NCBI RefSeq assembly: GCF_036365525.1
Contig: NC_090413.1
Location: forward strand, 26,102,142-26,166,141
DNA from: Heterodontus francisci
Taxonomy: Eukaryota
DNA: 64,000 bases
Direction of reading: 5' to 3'
Below are positions 36,321-49,749 of the stretch, in pieces (positions within the stretch are counted from its first letter, which is position 1; each line of letters starts with the position of its first letter). A model generated the notes under the pieces. It was not told the DNA's origin. It did not search any database and saw nothing but the letters and a program-made list of their open reading frames with translations. A program made the position numbers and the translations under genes.

Positions 36321-37989
36321 CTGCAGAGAAAAATGAGAAGTCAGAAAATTTTCTCAAAGGATGATTGGTTTGCTGAGTACAACTAGATAATATAATTTCA
36401 GAAACTGTACATTATGAATTATTGCATATCACTTATTGCTAATAGTACTGGAAAACTGTAAGTGGTTTGTTTCCACACCTCATATATAATCAGAGATGCA
36501 AATGGTTTACGTACAATTGAATGAGTCAACTGTGACTTTTCTAGGATGTTTTTACTAAAAAGTCACAAATGCTGTAAACAAAAAGAACTTGCATTTACGT
36601 AGCGCCTTTCATAATCTCTGGATGACCCAAACTGCTTTACAGCCAATGAAGTACCTTTGAAGTGTAGTCGCTGTTGTAATGTAGGAAATGCAGCAACCAG
36701 TTTGCACACAGCAAGATCCCACAAACAGCAAAGTGATAATGACTGGATATTCTGTTTTAGTGATGTTGGTTGAGGGATAATTATAGGCCAGGGTAAAAGT
36801 GTCACATCAGCAATGTTAACCTCTCTCTTTCTCTCTCCACAGATGCTGCCAAACTGATTGAGCTATTCATCAATTGCTGCTGTCTTTACTGTTGAGGAAC
36901 TGAAGCTTCCAGTGCAGACGATTGCCAGGGATGGACAGAGTCAAAGGGAAGATAAAGTGAATTAGGCAGCACCAATTAGGAGACTGCATGTCTGAAGATG
37001 GTAGAACAAGGGAATGAATGCAGAGGACAAAGCTTTCCTCAGTTCTGTGATAACACAAGGTACACTCAGTAGTATTGGCAGTAGGTTTTTTTTACTCTCT
37101 ATTCAATCTTTTAATTTTTGTGTGCACAGTAGTCCAAGTGACATTCAAAGTAGATGATGACTCACACGTGAAGAATGGAAAAATTGTGCAGGTCAAATTT
37201 AAAGACGTCAGCCTTGGCTCAGTGGTTTGTAGTTCCACTCTAGAGACTTGAGCACATAATCTAGGCTAACATTTCAAGTAATCTCTTCCAGATGAGATCT
37301 CAATCCCCTCTCTGGTGGACCTAAAGAGCCCCCTGGCTGTATCTGAAGATCAGAGGAGTTCTTCTGAGTCCCTACTGAGCATTTACCCCTCAGCCCCTGA
37401 CTAAAACAGACTATTTGTTCATTTATCTTATTGCCGTTTGTTGGACCTTGCTGTTTGTAAATTAGTTGCTATGCTTCCCTATCTTCTAACAGGGTTTACA
37501 CCTCAAAATGCTTTGGGATGCCCTGAGGTCATGGAAGGCGTTATAGAAATGCAAGTTCTTTCTCTTTCATCCAACAGGCAGTTCCGTGCTCTCAGGACTG
37601 CACTGGAGTGTCAGGCCAAATGATGCACTTCAATCCCAATCTGGGGCATTAACACACAACCTTCTGATGCAACTGAGCTGAACTAGAATCTGTTGCCACC
37701 TTGGGATTCCCTTTCCCACTGGTGGCAGGCCATATAGAGATGGCATTGCACCTGGCAGGATTTGTAGGGCTGCTCCTGCTCTTTGACCCTTTCTCCTGCC
37801 ACAGTATCAATTGCTGTTTCAGTGCGATCCCCGGTGAGATCCCTCTTTCTCCCTCTCCCCTAGCTTGGGTCTCCTGGTAAGCAATGACTGGCCCCCTCAA
37901 CTAACTGTGTTACCCCAATTTTAACCCAATTATACCCCCACCCGCTCCTCCCACCCTAGTGGGAATGCAGTGAAGTCACGTGCCCGTTA

Positions 37990-38540
37990 CATAGAATCAT
38001 AGAAATTGACATCATTGAAGGAGGCCATTTAGCTCATTATGTCTGTGCCAGCCAGAAAAAAGTTATCAAATCTAATCTCACTTTCCAGCTCTTGGTCTGT
38101 AGCCCTGTACAACACTTCAATTGCTTATCCAAGTGTTTTTTTACGTGTTCCTGACCACCACCACCCTCTGGATGTAAACATTTCTCAACATCTCTTGAAT
38201 CCTTCCACCAATTACTGTTATTAATCTCACTGCTAAGGGGAATAGGTCCTTTCTATCCATTCTCTCTAGGCCCCTCAGAATTTTGTACATCTCAATTAAC
38301 TCTTCCCTCAGCCTCCTCTGTTCCAAAAAAAAGCAAACACAGCCTATCCAATCTCTCCTCATTGCAAAAGTTCTCCAGTCCTGACACCATCCTCATAAAT
38401 CTCCTCTCTACCCTCTCCAGTACAGTTACATCCTTCCTGTAATGCAGTGACCAGAACCTCACACAGTACTCAAGTTGTGGCCTAACAAATGTTTTATACA
38501 GTTCTAGCATAACCTCCCTGTTCTTATACTCTATGCCTTC
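37990..38540 (-). mobile_element. Decayed CR1 LINE fragment
   Basis: Minus ORFs with GIEYKNREVMLELYKTFVRPQLEYCVRFWS. Confidence 0.85.
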
Positions 38541-39226
38541 CCCCGAATTTATTGACATATTTTATTGCATTATCTACGTCTTGATTTTAAAATTCTCATC
38601 CTTGTTTTCAAATCCCTTCATGGCCTCACACCTCCCTGGCTCCGTGATCTCCTCCAGCCCCACAACCCTCTGAGATCTCTGCACTCATCTAATTCTGGAC
38701 TCTTGAGCATCCCTGATTTTAATCCCTCCATCATTCATTGGTGGCTGTGCCTTCAGTTGCCTGGGCCCCAAGCTATGGAATTCCCTCCCCCAAACCTCTC
38801 CTTCTCACTTTCCTCCTTTAAGACACAAGACACTCCTTAAAGCCTACCTCTTTGACTAAGCTTTTGGTCACCTGACCTAATATCTCCGCATGTGCTCGGT
38901 GCCAACTTTTCTTTCAAAATGCTCCTGTGAACATTTTGGACATTTTGTTATGTTAACGGTGCTATATAAATATAAGTTGTTGTTGTACATCTGTGTAAGA
39001 CTCTCAAAGAAACAGGTATATTATGTTACTCTGCAATGCACGATAACCTGTGAATGCATACAAATTTAAGTAGAGTAGAATATTAAAGTAATTTGAGAAA
39101 TAAAATGCCAGTAATGTTCACATACATCAACATTCCCTCAGCAAAAGATTAACACATCCCTGCCAGGAACATTGTGTAAAGAACGTCATTCACAACAACT
39201 ATTGGATAGAATTCTAGATCACTCAC

Positions 39227-39277
39227 CAGTGATACTCATCCGTAGAATCATTTTCACTTCTTTACAAATTTCAGAAT
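39227..39277 (-). CDS. C-type lectin CTLD-proximal neck exon (one Cys)
   Basis: ccttcctttcag|SEICKEVKMILRMSIT|gtgagt. 51 nt, phase 1-1. Confidence 0.7.
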
Positions 39278-39584
39278 CTGAAAGGAAGGAAGAGATTAGA
39301 GAATATTATTCATGCACAAATATTCTCTTAAACATTCACTTAGTCCCAATAGAGTTGAAGTCAATAATGACATTAATTAAAAACAGACTGAGTAAGGGAG
39401 CATACGGAGCATTGGAATCCAATTCAAGTTTGCCCTGTTTATACTCCAGGCGTAGGGTTAGAAGTGAAGAAAGAATAAGTTGTATTTATATAGCACCTTG
39501 CATGACCTCAGAATGCCTAAATTGCTTTACAGCCAATGAAGTGTAGTCACTCTTGTAATGTGGGAAATGCAGCAGCTACACAGT

Positions 39585-39935
39585 GGCGGCACAGTGGCGC
39601 AGTGGTTAGCACCGCAGCCTCACAGCTCCAGGGACCCGGGTTCGATTCTGGGTACTGCCTGTGCGGAGTTTGCAAGTTCTCCCTGTGTCTGCGTGGGTTT
39701 CCTCCGGGTGCTCCGGTTTCCTCCCACACGCCAAAGACTTGCAGGTTGATAGGTTAATTGGCCATTACAAATTGCCCCTAGTATAGGTAGGTGGTAGGGA
39801 AATATATAGGGACTGGTGGGGATGTGGTAGGAATATGGGATTAGTGTAGGATTAATATAAATGGGTGGTTGATGGTCGGCACAGACTCGGTGGGCCGAAG
39901 GGCCTGTTTCAGTGCTGTATCTCTAAACTAAACTA
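39585..39935 (+). mobile_element. HE1-type V-SINE nested in a minus-strand DeuSINE-like element
   Basis: Same consensus; the flanks continue the host SINE (gcagcagc...gcacagcaagctcccacaa). Confidence 0.9.
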
Positions 39936-40291
39936 ATCTGTGCACAGCAAGCTCCCACAAACAGCAATGTGATAATGATCAGATCATCTGTACTCTTCAT
40001 TGAGGGATGAAAATTGGCAAGGATCCCGGGTTGAACATCCCCTGCTCTTCTTTGAAATAGTGCTGTAAGATCTTCCTGAGAGACAGTTCCTTGGTTTAAG
40101 AATTCATCCAAAAGATAGCATCTCTGACAGTGCTGCACTCAGAGCAATAGCCTAGATACCTCAGGTTTCTGCTGTAGGACTTAAACCTGAAACCTTTGGA
40201 CTCAGAGGTGAGATTGCTACCCACTGAGCAAGTGGAAATGATAGGTTAGAGAGTGGGACTATAAGCCCAGGAAAAATGTTGAGTAACTTAC

Positions 40292-40354
40292 CACTTTGCT
40301 TGAGTCCAAAAGGTGCCATTATTGGTTCTGGTATGTTTGTTTTAACATCTGATG
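40292..40354 (-). CDS. C-type lectin neck exon (Pro-containing linker)
   Basis: tttgaacag|SDVKTNIPEPIMAPFGLKQS|gtaagt. 63 nt, phase 1-1; begins CATCA like the B exons. Confidence 0.65.
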
Positions 40355-40384
40355 CTGTTCAAAGGAAAAGATGATTTCAAATTG

Positions 40385-40978
40385 GGTGCGTTTGCTGACA
40401 ACGCAGCCACTAGGTGGCGCTGCACTGGCACATGCACAAATGCAGCCTGTTCAACTAAAACATCACAGTCAGCGACGTTTAGGCAGCTGCCAGGACTAAA
40501 GATGGCGCTGATCAAATAATCACACAAAGGCAACATAAACACATGGCAGCACACAATGGTCGGAGAGATCGGCTGTCTAGGGAATGGCCGGAGAGAGTGG
40601 GCGGTGGGGGGGGGGGGGGGGTGGGGATTGGTCGGAGAGAGCAGTCGGGGGGGCGCAGGTGGAGAGCACACCCGCCATCAACAAGGTCTTCGGCCGCTCC
40701 CTCCCCGCTTCCCCCCCACACTCCGCTCTCTCGCCCACACCACGGTCTCTCCCCACTTCTCCGCTTGCTCTCTCTCCCGCGTTATGCGATGACGTCATCT
40801 GGGCATGCGTGTACCAGTCCTGGCAATTTACCTGATGACGTCATCCGCGCATGTGCCAACCGGTCCTGGCAATGTGGAACGCAGCGCACGCGCAGAGAGC
40901 AGGAGCCCGTTTGCGCATGTGCACAGATTGGCGCAGTCGCATGACGTGCCCGCCGGCATCGTTGCCAAGAATCACTTT
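40385..40978 (+). repeat. Unclassified CpG-rich interspersed element; second copy inverted at about 31150-31645
   Basis: gcgtttgctgacaacgcagccactaggtggcgc...gtcagcgacg..taaagatggcgctg matches the reverse complement of 31520-31645. Weakly inverted termini. Confidence 0.6.
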
Positions 40979-41149
40979 GTTCCAAATTAGGTGCAGAAGG
41001 AAACACAAGACAATAAATATCACGAATGAAATAGGTTGACAGCATATGAAGGTCATCCAATCATCCACAAAGTGAAATGGAATTCCTCAAACAATAAAAA
41101 AAATGTCAAAAATCTAAACAAAGTGCTATTTCAAAAAAAAACAATTGAA

Positions 41150-42190
41150 TAGAATTTTACGGCACAGAAATAGGCCATTCGGCCCAACTGGCCGATACTG
41201 ATGTTTATGATCCACACGAACCTCACCTCACCCTACTTCATCTCACCCTATCAGCACATCCTTCTATTCCATTCACCCCCACGTGTTCATCTAGCTTCCC
41301 TTTAATTGTATCTATGCTGTTCACCACACCCATTCCGTGTGGTGTTCTTATAAATATGACTTTCATGACATTGTAGGGCCTGATTTTAACTCTGCATAAG
41401 TGGATGGGTTTTGAATGAGTTAAAATCACTCTCCAAGGCTTTGACTAGGCTTCCTAAAGTGTGGTGCCCAGAATTAAACACATTATTCTAGCTGAGGCCT
41501 TCCTTGCTTTTGTACTGTTTTGCTCTACGAATAAAACCAAGGGGCGCCTATGATTTTTTTAACAACCTTCTCAAATTCTCCTGTCAGCTTCAAAGATTTA
41601 TGTAAATATACTCCCCAGGTCACTGTGTTCCTTTTAAAATTGTGCCTTTAATTTATATTGCCTCTCTTCATTCTTCCCACTGAAAAGTATGACTTCACAC
41701 TTCCCTATGTTGCATTCCATTTGCTTTGTGTCTGCCCATTTCACCAGACTGTCTGTCGTCTGTTACTATCCTCCTCATTGTTTAGTATTTTCCAAGCTTC
41801 ATATCATTTATCATCTGCAAACTTTGAAATGATACCCAAGTTCAGGTCATTAATATATGTCAAAAAGAGTAGTGGGGAACATCACCGTATTCTTACCAGT
41901 AGTCTGAAAGATAACATTTTGCTACTCCTTTCTGTTTCCCATCCCTGAGTCAATTTTGTATGCACACTGTCACTGTCCCTTCAATCTCATGGACTTTAAT
42001 TTTGATAAGTTTATTATATGGTACTTTGTCAAACACCTTTTGCAAGTCCAAATACACAACACGAATCCTCTCTATTACTTCATCAAAGAACTCAAACAAT
42101 TTAGGCAAACATGATTTGCCTTTAACAAATCCATACTGACTTTCATTTATTAGCCCAGACTTTTCCAAGTGCCAATTAATTCTGTCCCAA
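41150..42190 (-). mobile_element. Decayed CR1 LINE fragment
   Basis: Minus ORF with QYGFVKGKSCL...VVYLDLQKVFDKVP; CR1 tail near 41150. Confidence 0.8.
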
Positions 42191-42402
42191 AGTGAACTGA
42201 AACCCCGGTGCTCAAAACTGGTTTCCGTCATATCATCTCTTCAAGAGATCAACTTGGCAACAGGCGTAACTTGTATAAACTTTGTGGGAGAGATATGTCT
42301 CAGGGAATTTATAAAGAAGGTGTTTTGCTCCCAATTTCTAAATGATGAATTCGAAGCTGGAGCCAATCCATTGGGAGGGAGTCACTGTGACACAGAGTTA
42401 GA

Positions 42403-42898
42403 GGATTAAACTTTCAATTGGCCATGGAGGCGGATCTGGAGGCGGGACTGGAGGCGGAAAGGCCCACAGTTTCCTGCCACTGGGTTTCCCAGCCTCCGGG
42501 TCATTTTTATACATACCAGTTCGGGGGCGAGGAGTGACAGCTCCCTGCCCACAAGTGGCAAGAAGTTAATTAAAAAACTTAACTGACTTATTAAGGGCAG
42601 TGTGCAGACACTGACTGGAATTATTCAGTCGACAGTCAGACATCCCGTTGAGGCTGAAAGCCCAGCTGAAAATAGCAGTGGCCTCCCAGTGACAGACTTA
42701 GGGGACTAGCTCTCCATCTAGCCTCCTATTGGCCCTCCAGTCACAGGAGCCCACGTTAGATGGTGAGGGCGACCCTGGCCGTTGCACGACCTGCACTTCA
42801 AAAATCACGTTGGGCATCAGGTGCCGACGCAAAGCAGCGTCGGGACTCGGAAATGCACCCGGGGTCGGGGTCCCAACCCCAGAACAGAAATTCAGCCC
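42403..42898. mobile_element. GC-rich MITE of the same TIR type
   Basis: aga|GGATTAAACTTTC...GAAATTCAGCCC|aga. Empty paralogous site at about 47985 (gagtcagaaacgtccttag). Related copies at about 14810-15373 and 58082-58668. Confidence 0.7.
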
Positions 42899-43088
42899 AG
42901 AAACATCCTTAGTGAGGCAGACCCAGAAATAGAGGAAGCAGAGGCTTATGGAGTGAAACCCCATCACCCCATCCTAACACTCCCCTACCACCCAGTGCAC
43001 CCTGCTGCACAGCCTCCTCTCCTTGACCAGAGAGTGGTGCAAAGCTCGGCAAGACGCACAACTTGCAAGAATGATTTCAAGAACTTAC

Positions 43089-43163
43089 TTCTAGTTTGAG
43101 TCTCGTTCAGTTTGGTCATTAATTTATGCAGCCCCTCTTTCATTTCTGTACGAAGTGCTGAGA
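43089..43163 (-). CDS. C-type lectin neck exon (coiled-coil repeat A4)
   Basis: ctttcag|SALRTEMKEGLHKLMTKLNETQTR|gtaagt. 75 nt. Confidence 0.8.
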
Positions 43164-43326
43164 CTGAAAGACAGAAATTAGCCTCCGTCAACATGTAAGT
43201 AGCAGCTGAACATCAAAATTTAAAGACTCTGTCAGACAATTGAACATTACCATCTATAATTCTGTGTCATATTAAGCAGATTAATCATGAAGTGTACATT
43301 GTATATTGAAAGAGGTTATGACTCAC

Positions 43327-43386
43327 CGGCATAAACAGTACTGTTGGTGTTAGTTTCTTCTCCCTCTTGATGTGTGATTTGTGATG
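43327..43386 (-). CDS. C-type lectin neck exon (linker B2, near-identical to B1)
   Basis: tttcag|SQITHQEGEETNTNSTVYA|gtgagt. 60 nt. Confidence 0.75.
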
Positions 43387-43728
43387 CTGAAAGATGACAT
43401 CAGATTACGTTGTTATCCTTTGTGAATGTACTACATGGATTTGCATCTTAGTATGGGAATGAGGGAGTGCTACACTGCCAGAGGTGCTGTGTTTCAGGTA
43501 GGATGCTAAACCAAGGCTCAGTTGGTAGTATCCTTGCCTCTGAGTGAGAAGTCCCACTCCTGGACTCGAGCGCAAAAAAAAATCAAAGCTGACACTCTAT
43601 TCCAGGACTGAAGGAGTGCTACACTGTCAGAGCTGCCGTCTTTTGTATGAGAAATTAAACCGAGGCCCCGTCTGCCCTCTCAGGTGGAATAAAAGATCCT
43701 ATGGCACTATTTTGAAGACAAGCGGCAG

Positions 43729-46640
43729 GATGTTGAGAGTAGTGAGGTCAGGGATAAGGTTACAAGGACGCAAGAGGGCACTGGCAAGCAAGAACCTGGT
43801 TTAAAGTGTGTCTACTTCAACGCCAGGAGCATCCGGAATAAGGTGGGTGAGCTTGCAGCATGGGTTGGTACCTGGGATCTCGATGTAGTGGCCATTTCGG
43901 AGACATGGGTAGAGCAGGGACAGGAATGGATGTTGCAGGTTCCGGGATTTAGATGTTTCAGTAAGAACAGAGAAGATGGTAAAATAGGGGGGGGTGTGGC
44001 ATTGTTAATCAAGGAGAGTATTACAGCGACAGAAAGGACGTTTGAGGACTCGTCTACTGAGGTAGTATGGGCCGAGGTTAGAAACAGGAGAGGTGAGGTC
44101 ACCCTGTTGGGAGTCTTTTTTAGACCTCCGAATAGTTCCAGAGATGTAGAGGAAAGGATAGCGAAGATGATTCTTGACAGGGGTGAGAGTAACAGGGTAG
44201 TTGTGATGGGGGACTTTAACTTTCCAAATATTGACTGGAAATACTATAGTTCGAGTACTTTAGATGGGTCAGTTTTTGTCCAGTGTGTGCAGGAGGGTTT
44301 TCTGACACGGTATGTAGACAGGCCAACCAGGGGCGATGCCACATTGGATTTGGTACTGGGTAATGAACCCGGCCAGGTGTTAGATTTAGATGTAGGTGAG
44401 CACTTTGGTGATAGTGATCACAATTCGGTTAGGTTTACCTTAGCGATGGGCAGGGACAGGTATATACCGCAGGGCAAGAATTATAGCTGGGGGAAAGGAA
44501 ATTATGATGCGATTAGGCAAGATTTAGGATGCGTAGGATGGGGAAGGAAACTGCAGGGGATGGGAACAATTGAAATGTGGAGTTTATTCAAGGAGCAGCT
44601 ACTGCGTGTCCTTGATAAGTATGTACCTGTCAGGCAGGGAGGAAGTTGTCGAGTGAGGGAGCCGTGGTTTACTAAAGAAGTTGAAGCGCTTGTCAAGAGG
44701 AAGAAGAAGGCTTATGTTAGGATGAGACGTGAAGGCTCAGTTAGGGCGCTTGAGAGCTACAAGCTAGCCAGGAAGGATCTAAAGGGAGAGCTAAGAAGAG
44801 CAAGGAGAGGACACGAGAAGTCATTGGCGGATAGGATCAGGGAAAACCCTAAGGCTTTCTATAGGTATATCAGGAATAAAAGAATGACTAGAGTTAGATT
44901 AGGGCCAATCAAGGATAGTAGTGGGAAGTTGTGTGTGGAATCAGAGGAGATAGGGGAAGCGTTAAATGAATATTTTGCATCAGTATTTACAGTAGAGAAA
45001 GAAAATGTTGTCGAGGAGAATACTGAGATTTAGGCTACTAGGCTAGATGGGATTGAGGTTCAAAAGGAGGAGGTGTTAGCAATTTTGGAAAGTGTGAAAA
45101 TAGATAAGTCCCCTGGGCCAGATGGGATTTATCCTAGGATTCTCTGGGAAGCTAGGGAGGAGATTGCAGAGCCTTTGTCCTTGATCTTTATGTCGTCATT
45201 GTCGACAGGAATAGTGCCGGAAGACTGGAGGATAGCAAATGTTGTCCCCTTGTTCAAGAAGGGGAGTAGAGACAGCCCTGGTAATTATAGACCTGTGAGC
45301 CTTACTTCGGTTCTGGGTAAAATGTTGGAAAAGGTTATAAGAGACAGGATTTATAATCATCTAGAAAAGAATAAGTCCATTAGCGATAGTCAGCACAGTT
45401 TTGTGAAGGGTAGGTCGTGCCTCACAAACCTTATTGAGTTTTTCGAGAAGGTGACCAAACAGGTGGATGAGGGTAAAGCCGTGGATGTGGTGTATATGGA
45501 TTTCAGTAAGGCGTTTGATAAGGTTCCCCACGGTAGGCTATTGCAGAAAATTCGGAAGTATTGGGTTGAAGGTGATTTAGAGCTTTGGATCAGAAATTGG
45601 CTAGCTGAAAGAAGACAGAGGGTGGTGGTTGATGGCAAATGTTCATCCAGGAGTTTAGTTACTAGTGGTGTACCGCAAGGATCTGTTTTGGGGCCACTGC
45701 TGTTTGTCATTTTTATAAATGACCTGGAAGAGGGTGTAGAAGGGTGGGTTAGTAAATTTGCGGATGACACGAAGGTCGGTGGAGTTGTGGATAGTGCCGA
45801 AGGATGTTGTAGGGTACAGAGGGACATAGATAGGCTGCAGAGCTGGGCTGAGAGATGGCAAATGGAGTTTAATGCGGAAAAGTGTGAGGTGATTCACTTT
45901 GGAAGGAGTAACAGGAATGCAGAGTACTGGGCTAATGGGAAGATTCTTGGTAGTGTAGATGAACAGAGAGATCTTGGTGTCCAGGTACATAAATCCCTGA
46001 AGGTTGCTACCCAGGTTAATAGGGCTGTTAAGAAGGCATATGGTGTGTTAGCTTTTATTAGTAGGGGGATCGAGTTTCGGAGCCACGAGGTCATGCTGCA
46101 GCTGTACAAAACTCTGGTGAGACCGCACCTGGAGTATTGCGTGCAGTTCTGGTCACCGCATTATAGGAAGGATGTGGAAGCTTTGGAAAGGGTGCAGAGG
46201 AGATTTACTAGGATGTTGCCTGGTATGGAGGGAAGGTCTTACGAGGAAAGGCTGAGGGACTTGAGGTTGTTTTCGTTGGAGAGAAGGAGGAGGAGAGGTG
46301 ACTTAATAGAGACATATAAGATAATCAGAGGGTTAGATAGGGTGGATAGTGAGAGTCTTTTTCCTCGGATGGTGATGGCAAACACGAGGGGACATAGCTT
46401 TAAGTTGAGGGGGTGATAGATATAGGACAGATGTCAGAGGTAGTTTCTTTACTCAGAGAGTAGTAGGGGTGTGGAACGCCCTGCCTGCAACAGTAGTAGA
46501 CTCGCCAACTTTAAGGGCATTTAAGTGGTCATTGGATAGACATATGGATGAAAATGGAATAGTGTAGGTCAGATGGTTTCACAGGTCGGCGCAACATCGA
46601 GGGCCGAAGGGCCTGTACTGCGCTGTAATGTTCTAATTCT
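43729..46640 (+). mobile_element. CR1/HER1 LINE with complete ORF2 region (one nonsense codon, one late frameshift)
   Basis: Starts LKCVYFNARSIRNK. ORFs 43843-45033 and 45073-46416 are in the same frame, separated by TAG. Boundaries are defined by the empty site in the duplicate copy at about 49509. Confidence 0.95.
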
Positions 46641-46805
46641 AGTTTCCCCTAGGAAATAACTATCCCTGAATCAACAGGACTAAAATAGCTGGTCTGGTCA
46701 TCATCATATTACTGTTTGTGGGAGCTTGCTTTGCACAAATTGGCCAGAGAATGGTGCAAAGCTTGGGGAGATGTACGACTTACAAAAATGATTTCAAGAA
46801 CTTAC

Positions 46806-46880
46806 TTGTATTTTGAATCTCGTTCAGTTTGTCCTTTAATTGACGCAGCTCCCCTTTCATTTCTGCACGAAGTGCTATGA
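46806..46880 (-). CDS. C-type lectin neck exon (coiled-coil repeat A3, near-identical to A1)
   Basis: ttttag|IALRAEMKGELRQLKDKLNEIQNT|gtaagt. 75 nt. Confidence 0.8.
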
Positions 46881-48192
46881 CTAAAAGACAGACAGAAATC
46901 AGCCTCCGTCAACAAGTAAATAGCAGCTGAACATCAAAATTGAAAGTCTCTGTCAGACAATTGAAGACTTATTAAAAAAACAGACTAAGCACAGATCAAT
47001 GTTTTAACTTTAATAAGGAACGGCACAGCACTTTCATTGTCACTCCCAGTCTCATTCATTCTTTTAGCCTCTGCACTCGGAGACACAGACTCAGTTCCAG
47101 GGAAGCCCACACCGCTCCTGTACCTCAGACAATGGCCTATTCTTTGTACTTGAGTCTATGGGGGTAATTCTACAATCCGGTGCTCCCAGTGAGGAGTGAC
47201 ACTCGCTGGGAGCTCATCGACAGGAATCACACCTGTGTTAAGCCTGATATTTCATCCATCAGAATTATTGCTGGAAAAGCAGGAGCCACACCTCCATATT
47301 TGAACTCTTCACAGGGGGAGTCATATCACGGAATTACTAACAGTTTTTCCAGTAGCCAATAAAGAAATAATAATTCCTAGAGCTGCCGCACTGCATCCCT
47401 CTGTGGGCAGTTTTTAGTCAGCAGCTAATCAGTTTATTTTAAGCCTGTCTAAAACAGCGAAGTGTGAAGTATAGTACATTAAAAATTAATATGCAAAATC
47501 TGCCAATCGAGACATACCCCCCCCCCCCCCCCCCCGCACCCCCACCGCCTCTCCCATAGGTGCTGACTTGGCTACTGCCCTATCAAAGGGGCAATGTTTG
47601 AACTGTCTGCACCAGACACTACACACATTGGGGTAAAGATTATGAATGCTCCTTCTTCCCAGAGGCTGTGGCTGAGGCCGATGATGTTACAACATTCCCA
47701 GTCCTTGGAAGCTCAGTGGTTAAACCACAACACCTTTCGAGGTTGAGGAAATTAGATGATAGCAGCAGGTGCAGCAGTGAACTGAAACTCTGCTGCTCAG
47801 AACTAAGCTCCTTCATATTATTTCTTACCGCGGCCAACTTGGTCACAAGTGCAGCCCCATTTTAACTTTGCAACAGAAGTAATATCTTAGAGAATTTATA
47901 AAGAAGGTGTTCTGCTCCCAGTTTATAAATGATGTATTCAGAGTTGGAGTCAATCAATTGGGAGTGAGTCACTGTGAAATGGAGTCAGAAACGTCCTTAG
48001 AGAGACACACATGGGAAGATAGGGAAAATAGAAGCTTAGGGAGGGGATCCTCCTCTTCTCCCTCTTGCCACCCCCACCCCCAATCCTAACACTCCCCTCT
48101 CCCCAAGTGCTGCCTCCACCTTGGCTAGGGAATGGTGCAGATCTTGGGGAGATTTAAACAAAAAAAATTACAAATATGTTTCAATAACTTAC

Positions 48193-48267
48193 TATCACTT
48201 AGATTCATGCTGAGTTGGTTCATTAATTGGGCTTGATTAGACTCCATGTCTTTTCTTAGCATGGAGA
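48193..48267 (-). CDS. C-type lectin neck exon (coiled-coil repeat A2, diverged)
   Basis: tttttcag|SMLRKDMESNQAQLMNQLSMNLSD|gtaagt. 75 nt, phase 1-1. Confidence 0.72.
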
Positions 48268-49107
48268 CTGAAAAACAGATTGAAATCAACTTCCAGCATC
48301 AAATATATAACAGCCGATCAGCGGGAACAAAAGACTTTGAAGCAACCATTTTCTTAAAGAGTGTAAAACTTTTTTTTTTAGGGTTTGTCAGCTTTCATTT
48401 CAAATGTAATTATCACTCATGCCTCACTCCTTGTTTTATTGGCCAACCTTTCATAATTCTACAAGGGCAGTCACAGGAATTGTCCCAGTTTGTAACAGTT
48501 AACATATACACAGCATTCCTCATCAGAAAAAAAAACACTTGGAACCAGTATTGAAGGAAATAAACTTCCACGGAAGATCACCGCCCAGCAAGCTCCAGAA
48601 TGTGCCTTTTGAGGGAAGATGAAACCCTTTGGAAGGTGTGATTCAGCAGCTTGTTTGATATTTAAATCTGCTTTGGAGACAAGTTCTGTATGAACAAATC
48701 TGTAACTGGGACTGTCGGAAACCAACAGCTCATTTTAATGCCTTTTGACATGAAGTTTGGGCACAACATGCAACAGGGGATAATAAGATTGGATTGGTTT
48801 CTTCTCTCCATCCAATCCACCTCGTCTGACCAGAAATATCAGTGCCACCATCCAGTGATCTAATGGATTAATACTGACAACCTCCAACACTAGTGAGAGA
48901 AGATAATTTTTCTTATAAAACACTGATGTGCCGAGTATGAAACAGTGTCTGCTTACAAAACTGATGGTTGGATGGTTTATAACTAAAGTGAAACCCTTCA
49001 GTAAAAATTTAATTCCATTCTTGAGCATTACCATCTATAATTCTGTGTCAAATTAAGCAGATTAATCATGAAGTGTACATTGTATATTGAAAGAGATGAT
49101 GACTCAC

Positions 49108-49167
49108 CGGCATAAACAGTACTGTTGGTGTTAGATTTTTCTCCCACTTGATGTGTGATTTGTGATG
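49108..49167 (-). CDS. C-type lectin neck exon (S/T-rich linker B1)
   Basis: tttcag|SQITHQVGEKSNTNSTVYA|gtgagt. 60 nt, phase 1-1. Confidence 0.75.
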
Positions 49168-49674
49168 CTGAAAGATGACATCAGATTACGTTGTTATCCT
49201 TTGTGAATGTACTACATGGATTTGCATCATAGTATGGGAATGAGGGAGTGCTACACTGCCAGAGGTGCTGTGTTTCAGGTAGGATGCTAAACCAAGGCTC
49301 AGTTGGTAGTATCCTTGCCTCTGAGTGAGAAGTCCCACTCCTGGACTCGAGCACAAAAATAAATCAAAGCTGACACTCTATTGCAGGACTGAAGGAGTGC
49401 TACACTGTCAGAGCTGCCGTCTTTTGGATGAGAAATTAAACCGAGGCCCCGTCTGCCCTCTCAGGTGGAATAAAAGATCCTATGGCACTATTTTGAAGAC
49501 AAGCGGCAGAGTTTTCCCTAGGAAATAATTATCCCTGAATCAACAGGACTAAAATAGCTGGTCTGGTCATCATCATATTACTGTTTGTGGGAGCTTGCTT
49601 TGCACAAATTGGCCAGAGAATGGTGCAAAGCTTGGGGAGATGTACGACTTACAAAAATGATTTCAAGAGCTTAC

Positions 49675-49749
49675 TTGTATTTTGATTCTCGTTCAGTTTG
49701 TCCTTTAATTGACGCAGCTCCCCTTTCATTTCTGCACGAAGTGCTATGA
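49675..49749 (-). CDS. C-type lectin neck exon (coiled-coil repeat A1)
   Basis: ttttag|IALRAEMKGELRQLKDKLNENQNT|gtaagc. 75 nt, phase 1-1. Confidence 0.8.

Noticed and set aside
47640-47870. Minus ORF with faint similarity to the neck exons
   Set aside because: The phase-1 reading hits a stop and the paralogous segment at about 42200 is also disrupted; at best a decayed exon.
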